Part shown: one piece after another, positions 32,061-43,811 of the stretch
Layout: each line of letters starts with the position of its first letter
How positions within the stretch are numbered: the first letter of the stretch is position 1
Source: Naegleria gruberi
Taxonomy: Eukaryota
Strand: one strand, 5' to 3'
DNA: 64,000 nucleotides
Assembly (NCBI GenBank): GCA_000004985.1
Contig: GG738885.1
Notes under the pieces: model-generated
Database searches by the model: none
What the model was told of the DNA's origin: nothing
What the model saw: only the letters and a program-made list of their open reading frames with translations
Position numbers and translations under genes: made by a program

Positions 32061-34535
32061 ATGAAAATATCGAAACAGCTGCTACAGCTTACATGCTTAC
32101 TTGCTTTATTTCTTGGTGCAATATGTCTTCACTCAGTTTGTCAAATCTCCATCTTCACAACAGCCCAAACAACACAGTACACACGCTCCACACTACTCGT
32201 GGATACTTCAATACACGATGTAGCCGTAAGTTCCACAACAGATGAAGTGTACTTTACTTCGTATTTAAAAGTTCAAAGATTATCAAAAAGCGGTCAATTC
32301 ACAACTATAGCAATACATTACATGCATGCAGATGGCCTCGCTCTTTATTCGAATAGTATTGATGATGTTGAAGTTTTTTTCACTGATACCAACCTAATAC
32401 GAAGAACGAAGAATGGTACTAACACAGATATTGCAGGAAGTTTGACAAGTGGTTATAGTGGTGATGGAGGATTGGCAATTAATGCACTGTTGGCTACCTC
32501 AATGGGAGTTACCATCTCTCCTAATCGTGAAATTTACATTGCAGATACTGGCAATAGCGTTATTAGAAAGATAAATAGTACTGGCTACATTCATACTATT
32601 GCAGGAACGGGAACATCTGGACACAGTGGTGATGGAGGGTTAGCAGTAAATGCCAAACTCTTTCACCCTAGGACAGTTACAGTCACCTCAGAAGGTGAAA
32701 TTTTAATTGCAGATACAAGTAACCATGTTATTCGAAAGATTACAAAAGATGGGTATATTTTTACAATAGCAGGTAAACCTAGCACTTCTGGTTATGGTGG
32801 CGATGGTGGATTGGCAAAGGATGCCTTATTATCGTCTCCCCAGTGTGTTAGAATAAGCCCAAGTGGTGACATTTTTATTGTTGAGTATGGGGGTGCTAGA
32901 ATTCGTAAAATTAATTCTAAAGGAATAATCTCTACATTTCTAGGTACAGGACAACAGAAGTTAAGTGGTGATGGGTTAATAACAAACCAAACAACATTGA
33001 ATTACCCAGTTGCTATTGCTTTTGGATTGAATGGAATTATTTATTTTGCAGAATCTGGAGGACTTAGAAAACTAACACCGATTTGTGTGGAAGGAAGTAT
33101 TCTAATGGAGAATGGATTGTGTGAATATCAGTGTTTTGGATATACTAATCTTAATTCGAGCATTGTTTGTTCAGGTAAAGGTGAATGCATTTCATTTAAT
33201 GTATGTGAATGTAAGGAGAATTATTATGGTAGTAGTTGTGAGAAGTTCAAATGTTTTAATGTTGAAAACAATAGCTCGAATGTTTGTTCATCTCATGGAA
33301 TGTGTGTATCTCATAATAATTGCTCTTGTATTGAAGGATATCATGGTTTGAATTGTGATTTATTTGAATGTAATGGAATACCTTCAAATGATTCAAAAGT
33401 TTGTTCAGGAAAAGGAAATTGTACTTTATTTAATCAATGTTTATGTGAATTGGGTTATTTGGGAAATGACTGTCAACAATTCTATTGTAATTCCATTCTT
33501 AATGATAATTCAAGTGTTTGCTCTTCAAAGGGACTTTGTCTTTCACCAAATAATTGTTCATGTTTTGACAATTTTAGAGGAGATAATTGTGAAATGTATG
33601 ATTGTTATGGTGTTGCAAGAAATGATTCGAGTGTCTGCTCCTCTCATGGTATATGTACTTCTTTTAATAATTGTTCATGTCAAGTAGGATATTATGGAAA
33701 TAATTGTGAATTAACATCATGTTTTGGTGTTGAGAAAGTAAGCTCACATGTTTGTAATGGAAATGGAACTTGTGCATCATTTGACATGTGCAATTGCTTT
33801 GACAATAGCAGATGGTTTGGAAAAAATTGTAATTTGACTTATTGCTTTGGTAACTCATCTGATGATGTCAATGTTTGTAATTCGCATGGAGATTGTTTAA
33901 ATTATGACATTTGTCACTGTAGACCTCACTATATTGGTAATCAGTGTCAATTCAGATTCAATTCTCAACAAATGAATTTTACATTCAATAGTTCAATTGA
34001 TTATTTGGAAGATATCACGACAATTTTACTTCTCTCCATTCAAGATTTACAATTTATTGATTATTATTCAAGAAAGAAGATTGATTTCAATGTCACTTTC
34101 TTTCTTAATAACCAATTTTTATGGAATCAAGTTACACAAGAAGAATTGCGTTCACCTTTAAGTTTCTCGCTTCCATCTTCTCTTTCTAATGGTTCTCTAT
34201 TGGCTTCAATTACTTTGAGTTTTAATTCAACTTTAATTTCATTAGAAACTGTCACATTATCTCCTCTATTAATAATCCGAAAAGAGAAAGCATCAGTATC
34301 AAATTCAATTCCTTTACCAAAGACATCCATTTCACAACCGAAAAAGGATAACGAAGCAATTTCTTCCACATCTGAAAACACTACTGGAATAATTGTTGTT
34401 GCTGTTGTTGTACCAGTGGTCACTTTAGGTGCTTTAGGCGTGGGAATCGCTGTTATTGTGTTAGTTGTTATTTTAATGAAGAAGAAAGCAGCCACAAGCA
34501 TGGTCGCAAATACTAATAATTTTGAAATGAAGTGA
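32061..34535 (+). CDS. Type I membrane protein with NHL repeats followed by a long run of EGF-like cysteine repeats (teneurin/tenascin-like), then one TM
   Basis: The track ORF begins at a GTG; the first ATG at 32061 gives signal peptide MKISKQLLQLTCLLALFLGAICLHSVC. NHL units (SGYSGDGGLA..., ADTGNSVIRKI..., ADTSNHVIRKI...). About 8 CxxxxC..C EGF-like repeats. TM VVAVVVPVVTLGALGVGIAVIVLVVIL. Confidence 0.6.
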   Translation: MKISKQLLQLTCLLALFLGAICLHSVCQISIFTTAQTTQYTRSTLLVDTSIHDVAVSSTTDEVYFTSYLKVQRLSKSGQFTTIAIHYMHADGLALYSNSIDDVEVFFTDTNLIRRTKNGTNTDIAGSLTSGYSGDGGLAINALLATSMGVTISPNREIYIADTGNSVIRKINSTGYIHTIAGTGTSGHSGDGGLAVNAKLFHPRTVTVTSEGEILIADTSNHVIRKITKDGYIFTIAGKPSTSGYGGDGGLAKDALLSSPQCVRISPSGDIFIVEYGGARIRKINSKGIISTFLGTGQQKLSGDGLITNQTTLNYPVAIAFGLNGIIYFAESGGLRKLTPICVEGSILMENGLCEYQCFGYTNLNSSIVCSGKGECISFNVCECKENYYGSSCEKFKCFNVENNSSNVCSSHGMCVSHNNCSCIEGYHGLNCDLFECNGIPSNDSKVCSGKGNCTLFNQCLCELGYLGNDCQQFYCNSILNDNSSVCSSKGLCLSPNNCSCFDNFRGDNCEMYDCYGVARNDSSVCSSHGICTSFNNCSCQVGYYGNNCELTSCFGVEKVSSHVCNGNGTCASFDMCNCFDNSRWFGKNCNLTYCFGNSSDDVNVCNSHGDCLNYDICHCRPHYIGNQCQFRFNSQQMNFTFNSSIDYLEDITTILLLSIQDLQFIDYYSRKKIDFNVTFFLNNQFLWNQVTQEELRSPLSFSLPSSLSNGSLLASITLSFNSTLISLETVTLSPLLIIRKEKASVSNSIPLPKTSISQPKKDNEAISSTSENTTGIIVVAVVVPVVTLGALGVGIAVIVLVVILMKKKAATSMVANTNNFEMK

Positions 34536-34700
34536 TGTCAGAAATAAAGTTTAGAATATATTTAATCACTCGTACACCAATTGATGATCCCATTTATTGA
34601 CATTGAGTTAGAGAGACCTTCGAATATACATGGAATATCTTCTAGAAGGTAGGAACAGATTTATGTTAATTTGGCTATTTTATTTTGTTATGATACAATA

Positions 34701-36383
34701 TTAATTCTTTGATTTGAATGCAGAAGATCCGAGAGCCTTATCTCCTCTCTTAATTCCAGTATTGGCAACAATAATGTCAGAAAGAGTAACTCTCTCAATG
34801 GACTTTCTGAGTTGTTTAACCCAAGATTCCTTTCTGTGAGTGTAGAAACATGGATCACCCTTAATCAACTTTAAGAATTGATCCTTAACAATCTTGGTTC
34901 CTAATTTACCCAACATTGAATCTCTGGATTTTGGTTCCATCAAAATACCGAGCCAAGGATCCAAATCGCTCAATTCTTCACCATAGTATTGAACTAGTTT
35001 TTGCTTGAGTTCAGAATTGGAATTGGAAATTTCAGTGGCTGTCAATTTCTTGAGTCCAAGTTGACTTCTCAAATCATTGAATGAGGCAATACCACAATCA
35101 CGAGATCTTTGCAAATTGAAGGCAGCCAAATCAAATCTGACATTAGGTCCAAACAAGAAATCTCTTAAACCATCAGCAACCTTTTCATCAAGATTTTGTT
35201 GAGCATGTTTACACAAACCTCTCAAAATAAGATCCAATTCTTCCTTACTATTCTTGAAACGATTGAAACCATTAAAAGCATCCTTAAATTCAACTCTTTC
35301 TTTCTCAATACCATTTTCGTCAATTCTCTTCAAGAAACATGAAACAAGAGAGTGACCAAAACGATAGGCAACAGTAGCGAATTCTGTACTTGGTGTCACT
35401 TGAACATCTGGATTGAATTTGACCTTTTTTGGATTAAAAGAATGAGATTTACCAATCAATGCTGGAACATATTCCTTATAAGTGATGGATTGAATTTGTG
35501 CACAATTGATGGCTCTAGCTGTTTGATATAACCATTCATCATATTTTGGACTCTTTGCATCAGATTTACAGACATTGAATCTCTTTGCAAGAAGTCTGGC
35601 CAATCTGTTGTGCTCTCTCAAGAATAAGGTTTGAATTGAGGTGATAGGCAATGCCTCAGTTACTCTATCATCACCTGCTACGATACTTTGGTTTCTGCCA
35701 CCAGAGAAGAATAATCCATTAGTATGAGGGAATGCAGAAGGAAGGAACTCTAAACCAAACTTTTCATCATATTTTAAAAGACCTCCTTTGAGTAATCTCA
35801 ATGCTCTTCCCTTAATTGGATCACTTCCGTAAATTTGTGAACAATCCAAGTAACCAGTAATTTGATTGACTTGATTCAATGGTTGACCAATGAAAATTTG
35901 TTTCTCACTTGCAAAATTGGCTCTAGTGAATGGCATAGTTGGAGTGGTAAATCTATCTCCAGGTGGAATTGGAATTGGGAATGATTCAGTATTGATACCA
36001 GTTCCAATTGAATCAATATCGTGATCAATGAATTGGGCAAAGGCATAAAACATTGAACTCAAACCATACTTGTTAGAATCGTCACACTTTTCTTGTTTAC
36101 AGAATACATTACTGATTTCTCTGGCAGAGTACTTTTGTCTTGGTGGGACTTTAATACCATCAGTGTAAGCAGCTTTGGTAAGTCTTGGGAATGGCTCGCC
36201 AGTTGAACCCCAAGTTGGGTGCTTCTTATTCACTCCAACTCCATCATAGGTATAACAAGATTGTTTTACTGGCTTGGTCAACTTTTTGAGATCTTTGAGT
36301 GAAATTTCTCTTGACAAAACGTAGACCATGCACTGAAGTAGCAACAGGACAACAAAAAGAGAAAGGGTCAACTTGTTGTTCAT
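34701..36383 (-). CDS. Secreted animal-type haem peroxidase (peroxinectin-like)
   Basis: Probable start MNNKLTLSLFVVLLLLQCMVYVLS (signal peptide) inside the track ORF. Distal-His motif region MFYAFAQFIDHDID and proximal region FRFGHSLV are typical of the animal haem peroxidase family. Single exon. Confidence 0.75.
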   Translation of the reverse strand: MNNKLTLSLFVVLLLLQCMVYVLSREISLKDLKKLTKPVKQSCYTYDGVGVNKKHPTWGSTGEPFPRLTKAAYTDGIKVPPRQKYSAREISNVFCKQEKCDDSNKYGLSSMFYAFAQFIDHDIDSIGTGINTESFPIPIPPGDRFTTPTMPFTRANFASEKQIFIGQPLNQVNQITGYLDCSQIYGSDPIKGRALRLLKGGLLKYDEKFGLEFLPSAFPHTNGLFFSGGRNQSIVAGDDRVTEALPITSIQTLFLREHNRLARLLAKRFNVCKSDAKSPKYDEWLYQTARAINCAQIQSITYKEYVPALIGKSHSFNPKKVKFNPDVQVTPSTEFATVAYRFGHSLVSCFLKRIDENGIEKERVEFKDAFNGFNRFKNSKEELDLILRGLCKHAQQNLDEKVADGLRDFLFGPNVRFDLAAFNLQRSRDCGIASFNDLRSQLGLKKLTATEISNSNSELKQKLVQYYGEELSDLDPWLGILMEPKSRDSMLGKLGTKIVKDQFLKLIKGDPCFYTHRKESWVKQLRKSIERVTLSDIIVANTGIKRGDKALGSSAFKSKN

Positions 36384-36702
36384 TTTGTTTTTTTGTTTTG
36401 ATTGTCTAAATGAGTGGAGTTGTAACTTGAATTTTAAATGGCATTGGAAAAGATTTGGGTGCTCATCACATCTATTAACTGTCTCTCCAAATTTCAAACT
36501 TGGAAACAAATGGAGAATTTGATGAAGTTATCAATTTATTGTGATGTTAGACATAAAACAAGGCCTAATTTGATCTATTGAGAAAATTTGTTGATTGTAT
36601 TCAAAAGAAACCAAAATTGAATGTATCACTCTCACCAAATCAGAATGTCTGTAATCTACTGTAGATCAAATGGTTAAACAAGTCATGATTCACTAAATTT
36701 AC

Positions 36703-38256
36703 TCATTGACTATGTTGATGCTCACTTGTATCTTCAGTATCATCAATATCGACCACAAGTTCCTCTTCAAAGACATGATCATCTCTCTCGTCCACCAATT
36801 TAGTGTGTGGATGAGTTTTTCTCCAAACACAATAACCAAAAACGGTTAAAATAATAATGACTCCAGCCAATCCAATGCACAGGACAACGACCAAGATGTT
36901 AACCCAGAGTGACTCATTCTCCACAATAGAAACTGTCTTACTCACCACAATGTAATTGTCCATCATGATTACAATTTGAGCTCCAGAGCTTGGTGAAGAA
37001 GCAACACAGAGTACAGTTCCAGATCCATAACTATCTTTAGGAGAAGTGCAGTTGAGATCAGTGTCAGGACTCACGAATGACAACTTTTTCAAATCGAGTA
37101 CTGGGGTAATAGTTCCATCATTATCATAGATGGTGTACTTGATCTTGAATTCAGAATTTACAATTACTGTAGCTGGTACAATTTCAAAAGATCCTCTGGA
37201 TGCCATTTTAACAACGAGTGCAGAAGGTGCTGTAATGTCAGCAATAGCATTTCCATGCATGGCTGTGCTTGGAACAAATTTTAACACAAGTGTCACAACT
37301 CCAGAACCAACAGGAGTGAATTTGACAACACCAATTCCATCAACAACTGGTACTTCAGGTTGATTTCTGTAATTTGTAACAGAAAGAGATCCCTGAATCC
37401 AAGTATCAACCAATGAAAATCTATTCTTGAATGCAACTGTGAATGTAATGGGATTTCCAGCATAGAATTTACTCCAATCACCAAACTTTGAAGCAGAAAC
37501 CTCAATTGAAGAGAATGGAGGAATGACACACGACATCTGAATATTAAACCTCACATCAGTAGTATTGACAACACTCTTTGCAATAAGATATACTCTTCCT
37601 CCATCTCTTGGAAATCTCACTGGTGGCTTTGAATCGGAGACACAATTATGAGCTTCACTTCCACCACTCTTCAGAGTGCTATAATCAAAACCTTGTCCTC
37701 TAATTGCCTTCTTCTTATTATCCTCATCCACCAGATAGTACTTGAATGGAGGTAAATCATCATCAATTGTTTCAATATTTATGAGTCCTACACTTGCAAC
37801 CTGACTGTATTTTCCACACGTTTCCAACGAGGCAAGAATAACAATTTCATCACTCTTCAATTGTCTTGGACACATACTTAGTTGGTTATTGCAGACACAA
37901 TTAGGGCATGAGCATTGTTCATCAGTGTAGATATTTCTATTCTCCACCCTGTCTATTGAGGATGATATTTCGGAGGACCAATAATGACTATGAGAAACCA
38001 CCGTTACATAATTCGATGAAGGAGTCGCTAGGGATAGTATTGTTCTTGTTTGAATTAAGAGAATTATTAGTAATATTGTAAATAATGGCCATTTCTTAGA
38101 TTGAGATTGGTTGATTCCTAGTTGTTGTTGTTCATGATGATTGTTATTCTGATGAATATTACTCCTCATATTCGTGTTATTAACGTAACTGCTGCAGTTG
38201 ATGCTACAGTATTCAACCTGTCTAGTACTTGTTGAAGAAAACCTCAAAACCATCAT
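36703..38256 (-). CDS. Hypothetical type I membrane glycoprotein, 517 aa
   Basis: N-terminal signal anchor (WPLFTILLIILLIQTRTILSLA). Large extracellular region with many N-glycosylation sequons. C-terminal TM (VNILVVVLCIGLAGVIIILTVFGYCVW) and an acidic tail. Confidence 0.35.
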   Translation of the reverse strand: MMVLRFSSTSTRQVEYCSINCSSYVNNTNMRSNIHQNNNHHEQQQLGINQSQSKKWPLFTILLIILLIQTRTILSLATPSSNYVTVVSHSHYWSSEISSSIDRVENRNIYTDEQCSCPNCVCNNQLSMCPRQLKSDEIVILASLETCGKYSQVASVGLINIETIDDDLPPFKYYLVDEDNKKKAIRGQGFDYSTLKSGGSEAHNCVSDSKPPVRFPRDGGRVYLIAKSVVNTTDVRFNIQMSCVIPPFSSIEVSASKFGDWSKFYAGNPITFTVAFKNRFSLVDTWIQGSLSVTNYRNQPEVPVVDGIGVVKFTPVGSGVVTLVLKFVPSTAMHGNAIADITAPSALVVKMASRGSFEIVPATVIVNSEFKIKYTIYDNDGTITPVLDLKKLSFVSPDTDLNCTSPKDSYGSGTVLCVASSPSSGAQIVIMMDNYIVVSKTVSIVENESLWVNILVVVLCIGLAGVIIILTVFGYCVWRKTHPHTKLVDERDDHVFEEELVVDIDDTEDTSEHQHSQ

Positions 38257-38952
38257 TAAGGTTCAAATAAGGATTTCTTAAGGTTGTTTTTGTGTGAATT
38301 TTTTGTAATTTGTTTCACTAAAGCCAAACAGGAAAGATTCCCAATTAGTGTGTGGACTCTAAAAAATCGTTGTGAAAGAATGGAGCCGTTACGTTATTGG
38401 TTGAGATTAAGCGAGCCCATAAGAAGATTCTAAAAAGTATCTGAAGAATATTTGTGGCTGATTGAAAAGGAAGGTTGTATGTTTGTGTTTGGAGGTTCCC
38501 TGCATTGGATGTGTTGGAAAAGAAGGATCTTTTCTGAATGGTGTTGTTTGTGTAGTAAGGTGCAAAGTATTGTACAGATATTCAATAAATTGGTTGTAAA
38601 ATATGACGCTTATACGTAAGCAGACTGGCGAAGAATCGAATAGAAGTATGGATTTTAGATGCTAAGAAGGGAGGGATTGAAAAGACTTGATGCCAGATTG
38701 AATCCTTAGCAGAGAGGACTTCCAAGAATTTTTAACTTACCTCATCCATGGAAACTGCACTTTCCACCACCCAATGAATGGTCAACAAGAACTTACCCAT
38801 TGAAATTCTTGAAACATTCTCAACAAGAATAAATACTTGCGGTCGCAAGAATGTACAATCCAAAAGTGCGACTCCACTTCGCAACCATCATTTCCAAATA
38901 AATAGTAGAGACTAACCAAAGCAAGACACAAAAACAAATTCAAGCAAAAAAA

Positions 38953-40008
38953 ATGTCTACTCCAACAATTCCTTCCACTCAAAAAGCTTACAAATGGTCG
39001 CAATTCACTGGAATTGAGAATCTTGTCTTGCATTCCAATGAAAAAATCGAAAAGCCACAAAGAAAACAAGTTCTCGTTCGTTTACATGCAGCCAGTTTGA
39101 ATTATAGAGATTATTTGGTAGCTACTGGTACTTATCTTGCTCCATGTAGTGCTGGATTGATTCCACTCTCAGATGGTGCTGGTGAAATTGTCCAAGTTGG
39201 TCAAGATGTTACTCAATTCAAAGTTGGTGATCGTGTTGCTGGAACCTTCTTTGAAAATTGGCAAGATGGTGAAGTTAACGATCATGCAATTTCTCGTTCT
39301 TTAGGTGGTGGTTCTGTTCCAGGAGTTTTACAACAATACAGAGTATTTGAAGAGGATGGTTTAGTCAAGATTCCAAACTATTTAACTTATGAACAAGCTT
39401 CAACACTTCCATGTGCTGCATTGACTGCATGGGTTGCTCTAGTTGAAAATGGACTTGATAAGGTTGGTCCTAACAGTACAGTCTTGATTATTGGAACAGG
39501 TGGTGTTTCATTGTTTGGTTTACAATTTGCAATTTCTGCTGGAGCCAAGACAATTGTTTTATCTTCAAGTGATGAGAAATTGGAGAAGGCCAAAGCTTTG
39601 GGAGCAACTCATTTGGTCAACTATAGAAAACATCCAGATTGGCATGTTCAAGTTAAAGAACTCACTAATGGAAGAGGTGTTGATCATGTTGTTGAAGTTG
39701 GTGGTGATGGAACCTTGTTTAGATCTTTGAATTCAGTTAGAAAGGGGGGTCATGTTCATATGATTGGTGTTCTTTCAAAGGCTCAAGATCATAATAATCT
39801 TGCTGGAGTATTACTTTCTAATTTGATTAATTTGAAAGGAATATTTGTTGGTTCTCGCGGATCATTCGAAAGAATGAACAGAGCTTTCGAACAACATGCT
39901 ATTCAACCTGTTATTGATAGTGTGTTTGAGTTTGAAAAGGCTAAGGAAGCTTTGGAATATTTGGCAAGTGGAAAACATTTCGGCAAGATTGTTATCAAGA
40001 TTGATTAA
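38953..40008 (+). CDS. Medium-chain (Zn-dependent-type) alcohol dehydrogenase / NADPH:quinone oxidoreductase family protein
   Basis: MDR-family fold with Rossmann motif IIGTGGVSLFGLQFAISAGAKTIV. 351 aa, single exon. Confidence 0.8.
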   Translation: MSTPTIPSTQKAYKWSQFTGIENLVLHSNEKIEKPQRKQVLVRLHAASLNYRDYLVATGTYLAPCSAGLIPLSDGAGEIVQVGQDVTQFKVGDRVAGTFFENWQDGEVNDHAISRSLGGGSVPGVLQQYRVFEEDGLVKIPNYLTYEQASTLPCAALTAWVALVENGLDKVGPNSTVLIIGTGGVSLFGLQFAISAGAKTIVLSSSDEKLEKAKALGATHLVNYRKHPDWHVQVKELTNGRGVDHVVEVGGDGTLFRSLNSVRKGGHVHMIGVLSKAQDHNNLAGVLLSNLINLKGIFVGSRGSFERMNRAFEQHAIQPVIDSVFEFEKAKEALEYLASGKHFGKIVIKID

Positions 40009-40089
40009 TTGTAAATAAATTGTAAGATTGTTAAATGTAGGCTAGTTCAATAGAATTGAAATGAATTGGTAGTATCTTTAATAATTCGA

Positions 40090-43000
40090 CTAGTTGGCCT
40101 GTTTATCTAAAATCATTTTGTGGAAAATATCTTTCTTTGTTTTTCCACTTGTTGGTAAGAGCCAAGAGAGATCATAATGTTTTTCATCATTCAAGGATTT
40201 GCTCTCCAAAATAGTTAGCATGGCAATTTCGTATGCTGTGAGGCCATAAGCATTGATCAGGTCCTTGTCAGCCCCATATTTTTCGACTAACACCTTTCCC
40301 ACGGTGAATAAGGAAGGGAATGGTAAATAGGCAATCACATGTAGCACAGTATTGAGATCATTATTAAGAACATTGACAATCTTTGGTTGCTTTTCAATAA
40401 TTTTTTCGTAAAGTTCGATATTTGTAATTGTTTGCTCGCTAATAATATGTAAACAAGTATTTCCCCAACTATCTTGATACAATAATTGTGATGATGTCAT
40501 TACATCAATAGCATACAGTACTAAAATCTCAGATCCAACACAAGAACACAGTAGATCCAAAATATTTGTAGTTTGGTCTCTTAATTTGTCTTCAATACAA
40601 TTTTCATCAAGGATGGATGAATCAATTTTGGTTTCTAAGTCTGTAATCCCTTTGTGATAAATGATTTTCAATAGTTCTTTTCTTCTTTCGATCTTTGTTT
40701 CATATTCAAACATAGTACCATAAGAATCCTCAATCACTGCTGCCATGTTGTTAACCCGACTGACTTTAGATTTCAAATTACTTGTAGAGAATGGTTTGAT
40801 AAATAGTTCATTGAAGTTACTGAAGCAGTGTTGGGCTAAGGTAAGGCAAGCCTCTACCAAACTAAACTCTTTTGCACATACCAACAAAGCGATATAAGAG
40901 GAGATCTTATCCAAATTAAATGTAGATTTTTGGTGTTGGTAATATGTATGCTGTTTTGGTTTTGAGATATATGTAAAGAAGAGCTGGAGAGTTCTTCTTG
41001 TTCTTTCATGTGAGAGATTAGATACTGTATCACAAGCCCATCTTTCTGCTTCTTCAATAATGTCCTTTTCGGTGCAAATATTTAAATGGTGATCTAGATA
41101 ATAGATGAATAAGTCCATGTCTGCATTTTCATAAAACAATTTTGCCAAGAACAATTTGGTAAAAACTGAACTATGAGAAGATACTGGAATGTGAGTTCTT
41201 ACACATTTGTGTGCAATTGCAGCGAAACATGCTTTTTCAAATTCTTGAGGATTTGAAATTAAATCAAGACCTAAATAAATATCACAAAAAAGTTTCTCAT
41301 GAGTTAAAGGGGTACTATAAGCTCTTGCGTTTTTGAGTATTGGATTCTTTGAGTGTTTCCTTCTAAATATTAAGTATTCTTCAAGTGCTCTTGTATCTTC
41401 AGAATAGGAATTAAAAGAGTCAATAAAGTATGATTCTTTAAATCCCCTTTCAAGAAAATAATCTATGATTTCTTTTTTTTCTTGAAGTTGAGATTTAGAT
41501 TCGAAAATAGCAATGACAAAGGTTGGATAGTGAAGTAAGTCAATTTCCAACTCTTTCTCTAAAGACTCAATATTATGAGATTCAAATTCTCTAATTGAGG
41601 AAAAGCAAATACTCAAACAACCTTCCCCTAAAGTTGTATTTTCAAATAAAGGATTAGTATCGACAGTTTCTGCATCAACTACTTCTTCATTATACCCCAT
41701 TGTTGTCAAAGGGCAACTTTGTGCCTTGAAAATAATCTTCTCCAAGTCATATGATAATGATTGTCTAATGTCTTTGAATTGAATTGAAGAAGTAGTATTT
41801 TGGAATGTATTCATTGGAGTATAATGTATATTTGGGCACAAGATAGATGCTCTTATTTCTTTTACATTTGGGAAATGTGTACAGATCAATTCAATTTCAT
41901 CCATTATCCCGTAAGCATCACGATGAAGATGAACATCAATCTTTTGTACATTATTTTCAAGTGAGGAAATAACTGCTGTTTTGACACTTTCTCTAAAATC
42001 AACTTGTTTCTTTGTAAACAAAGCCAAATTATCATGATCATTTACGCCTACTCTTCGTACATGTCTAGAGTTTTTTATACATTCAAAAAGTGAACTGAGG
42101 CCAAAATTAACAAATGTTATTTCCTCTAAGCCATTCTTTTTGAAATTCTTGGAGAGTAATAAATCTTCATCCAAATTTTGGGGAATTTCTTTTCCATTTT
42201 CAAGCAGCAAGTGTAAAATAAGATTGTTATATATATTTCCTTCAGACGAAATTGTCAAAGATTTAAAAAGTGTGATATTATCATCATAAATTGAACTAAA
42301 CAGTTCAGGCAGTGCTTTTTTCAATTTTCTACGAATCAAAATACTGTAATATCTCTCCTTTCCAGCAGCCGGTGAAAGAGGTTTAATGGAGGGGATAATT
42401 TCTGGAAGCTTTCCATTTGGAAACAAAGTTTCTAATTGCCTAAAGGTTGTTTTTTCAAGTGAATCATTTATCATCTCAAGGGACATGTCTCCATGTGGAA
42501 TGCCTTTCACTGTGTCAGTACATGTTACAGCATGGAACTTACCTTTGAAATCTAACGATTTGTTTTGTAATGCTATTTTTTTGTATTCTTTCTTCTGATT
42601 CTCTCTATCTGATCTAGAGATTATATAGTCAAAATTATGTCTTCCATAGTTAAGATCTTGGAGTTCAAAATATTTTACAATATCCTCCTCAGTTTGAGGT
42701 GCTATTTCAGTATCTTTTGGTATATACTCTGGCTCAACGAATATACCACCAAACTCTTCTGTATCTTCATTCTGAACTATTTGTTTTTCTTCCTGTTTGT
42801 CCTTGTCTTGATCTTCAAGTTCGAGATCAGTTTTATCAGAATGAAAGAAAGCTATGCTAGAATTAAAATAGAGTGTCCCTCCTACAAAGTAATGAGTGAC
42901 CAAATTATTCATCTCTGCACAACAGGAACGTAAACATGAATGAATTTTTGAAAAGTCTTGGTAAATATTGATATTCTCAACATCTTTGGTCCTACCCAAA

Positions 43001-43811
43001 ACATACTTTCTTTTGGAATTGATAAATGAAAGTAAATAAGCTGTTTTAACCAAATTTTCAAGCTGTTTTGGTGTTTGGCCCATACTAAATACCTTTGCCA
43101 AGTTGAGTGAATCTAATTCCATCAACTTTTTTTGCATTCTATTATTAAACTCTTTGGAGATAATTCTGTACTTGTGATATGAAACAAATGCAGAGTCTTT
43201 CACATTACAATCAATTGAAAAATCATCAGGAAACAATTCACTCCACTGCTGATTTTCATATTGTCTCACAATTCTGGAAGTTGAAGGAATCATTGAAATA
43301 ATTCTAAACTTTAAATCGAATGATAATTTCCCTCTAATTAATTCAAGCAAGGATGGATCAGCTATTGTTTCCTCCACCGATTCCTCATCTTGCTTGTTCT
43401 GAGAAGATTGCTCTTTTCTTTGATATTGGTTGATCCAAATTCTACCCAAAGGACTCAATTTTCCTCCTTCTTCAGCATGGAAATCATAGGTTGATCGGTA
43501 GGAATCTTTGGACTATGAATTGTTAAAATCACTAGTACACCATATAATATTATTTACCTTTTCCGAAACTTTTGGAAACTTTCCATTGCCATTCATAACA
43601 AAATTATTCAAAAAGGTATTATATTCTTGTCTGGTTGTTCTTGGTTTTGGTACTGATCACAATTTAATCATTCAAATATTTAAATAATTAAAAACCTACC
43701 ATGATCTGGCACTTGATAGAGTTGATCATCACCAATCCTATCATGAATAAAATCCATCCACTTGTGAGCATTCACAAGATCCAACTCAAACGGAGGAAAA
43801 GCATCCGACAT
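40090..43811 (-). CDS. Large (~1.2 kaa) protein with C-terminal ankyrin repeats and an uncharacterised N-terminal ~900-aa region, three exons
   Basis: Exons are approximately 43700..43811 (MSDAFPPFELDLVNAHKWMDFIHDRIGDDQLYQVPDH), 43558..43652 and 40090..43512. Introns are 47 and 45 nt (GTAGGT..CAG; GTAAAT..TAG). C-terminal ANK repeats (GNTCLHIISEQ...; NTVLHVIAYLP...GADKDLINAYGLTAYEIAM). Confidence 0.55.

Noticed and set aside
38953-40008. The Zn-ADH/quinone oxidoreductase gene as a second HGT candidate, since it is bacterial-like and intronless
   Set aside because: Its GC content and A/T-ending codon usage match the host genes, and MDR oxidoreductases are widespread in eukaryotes. I saw no compositional evidence of foreign origin.
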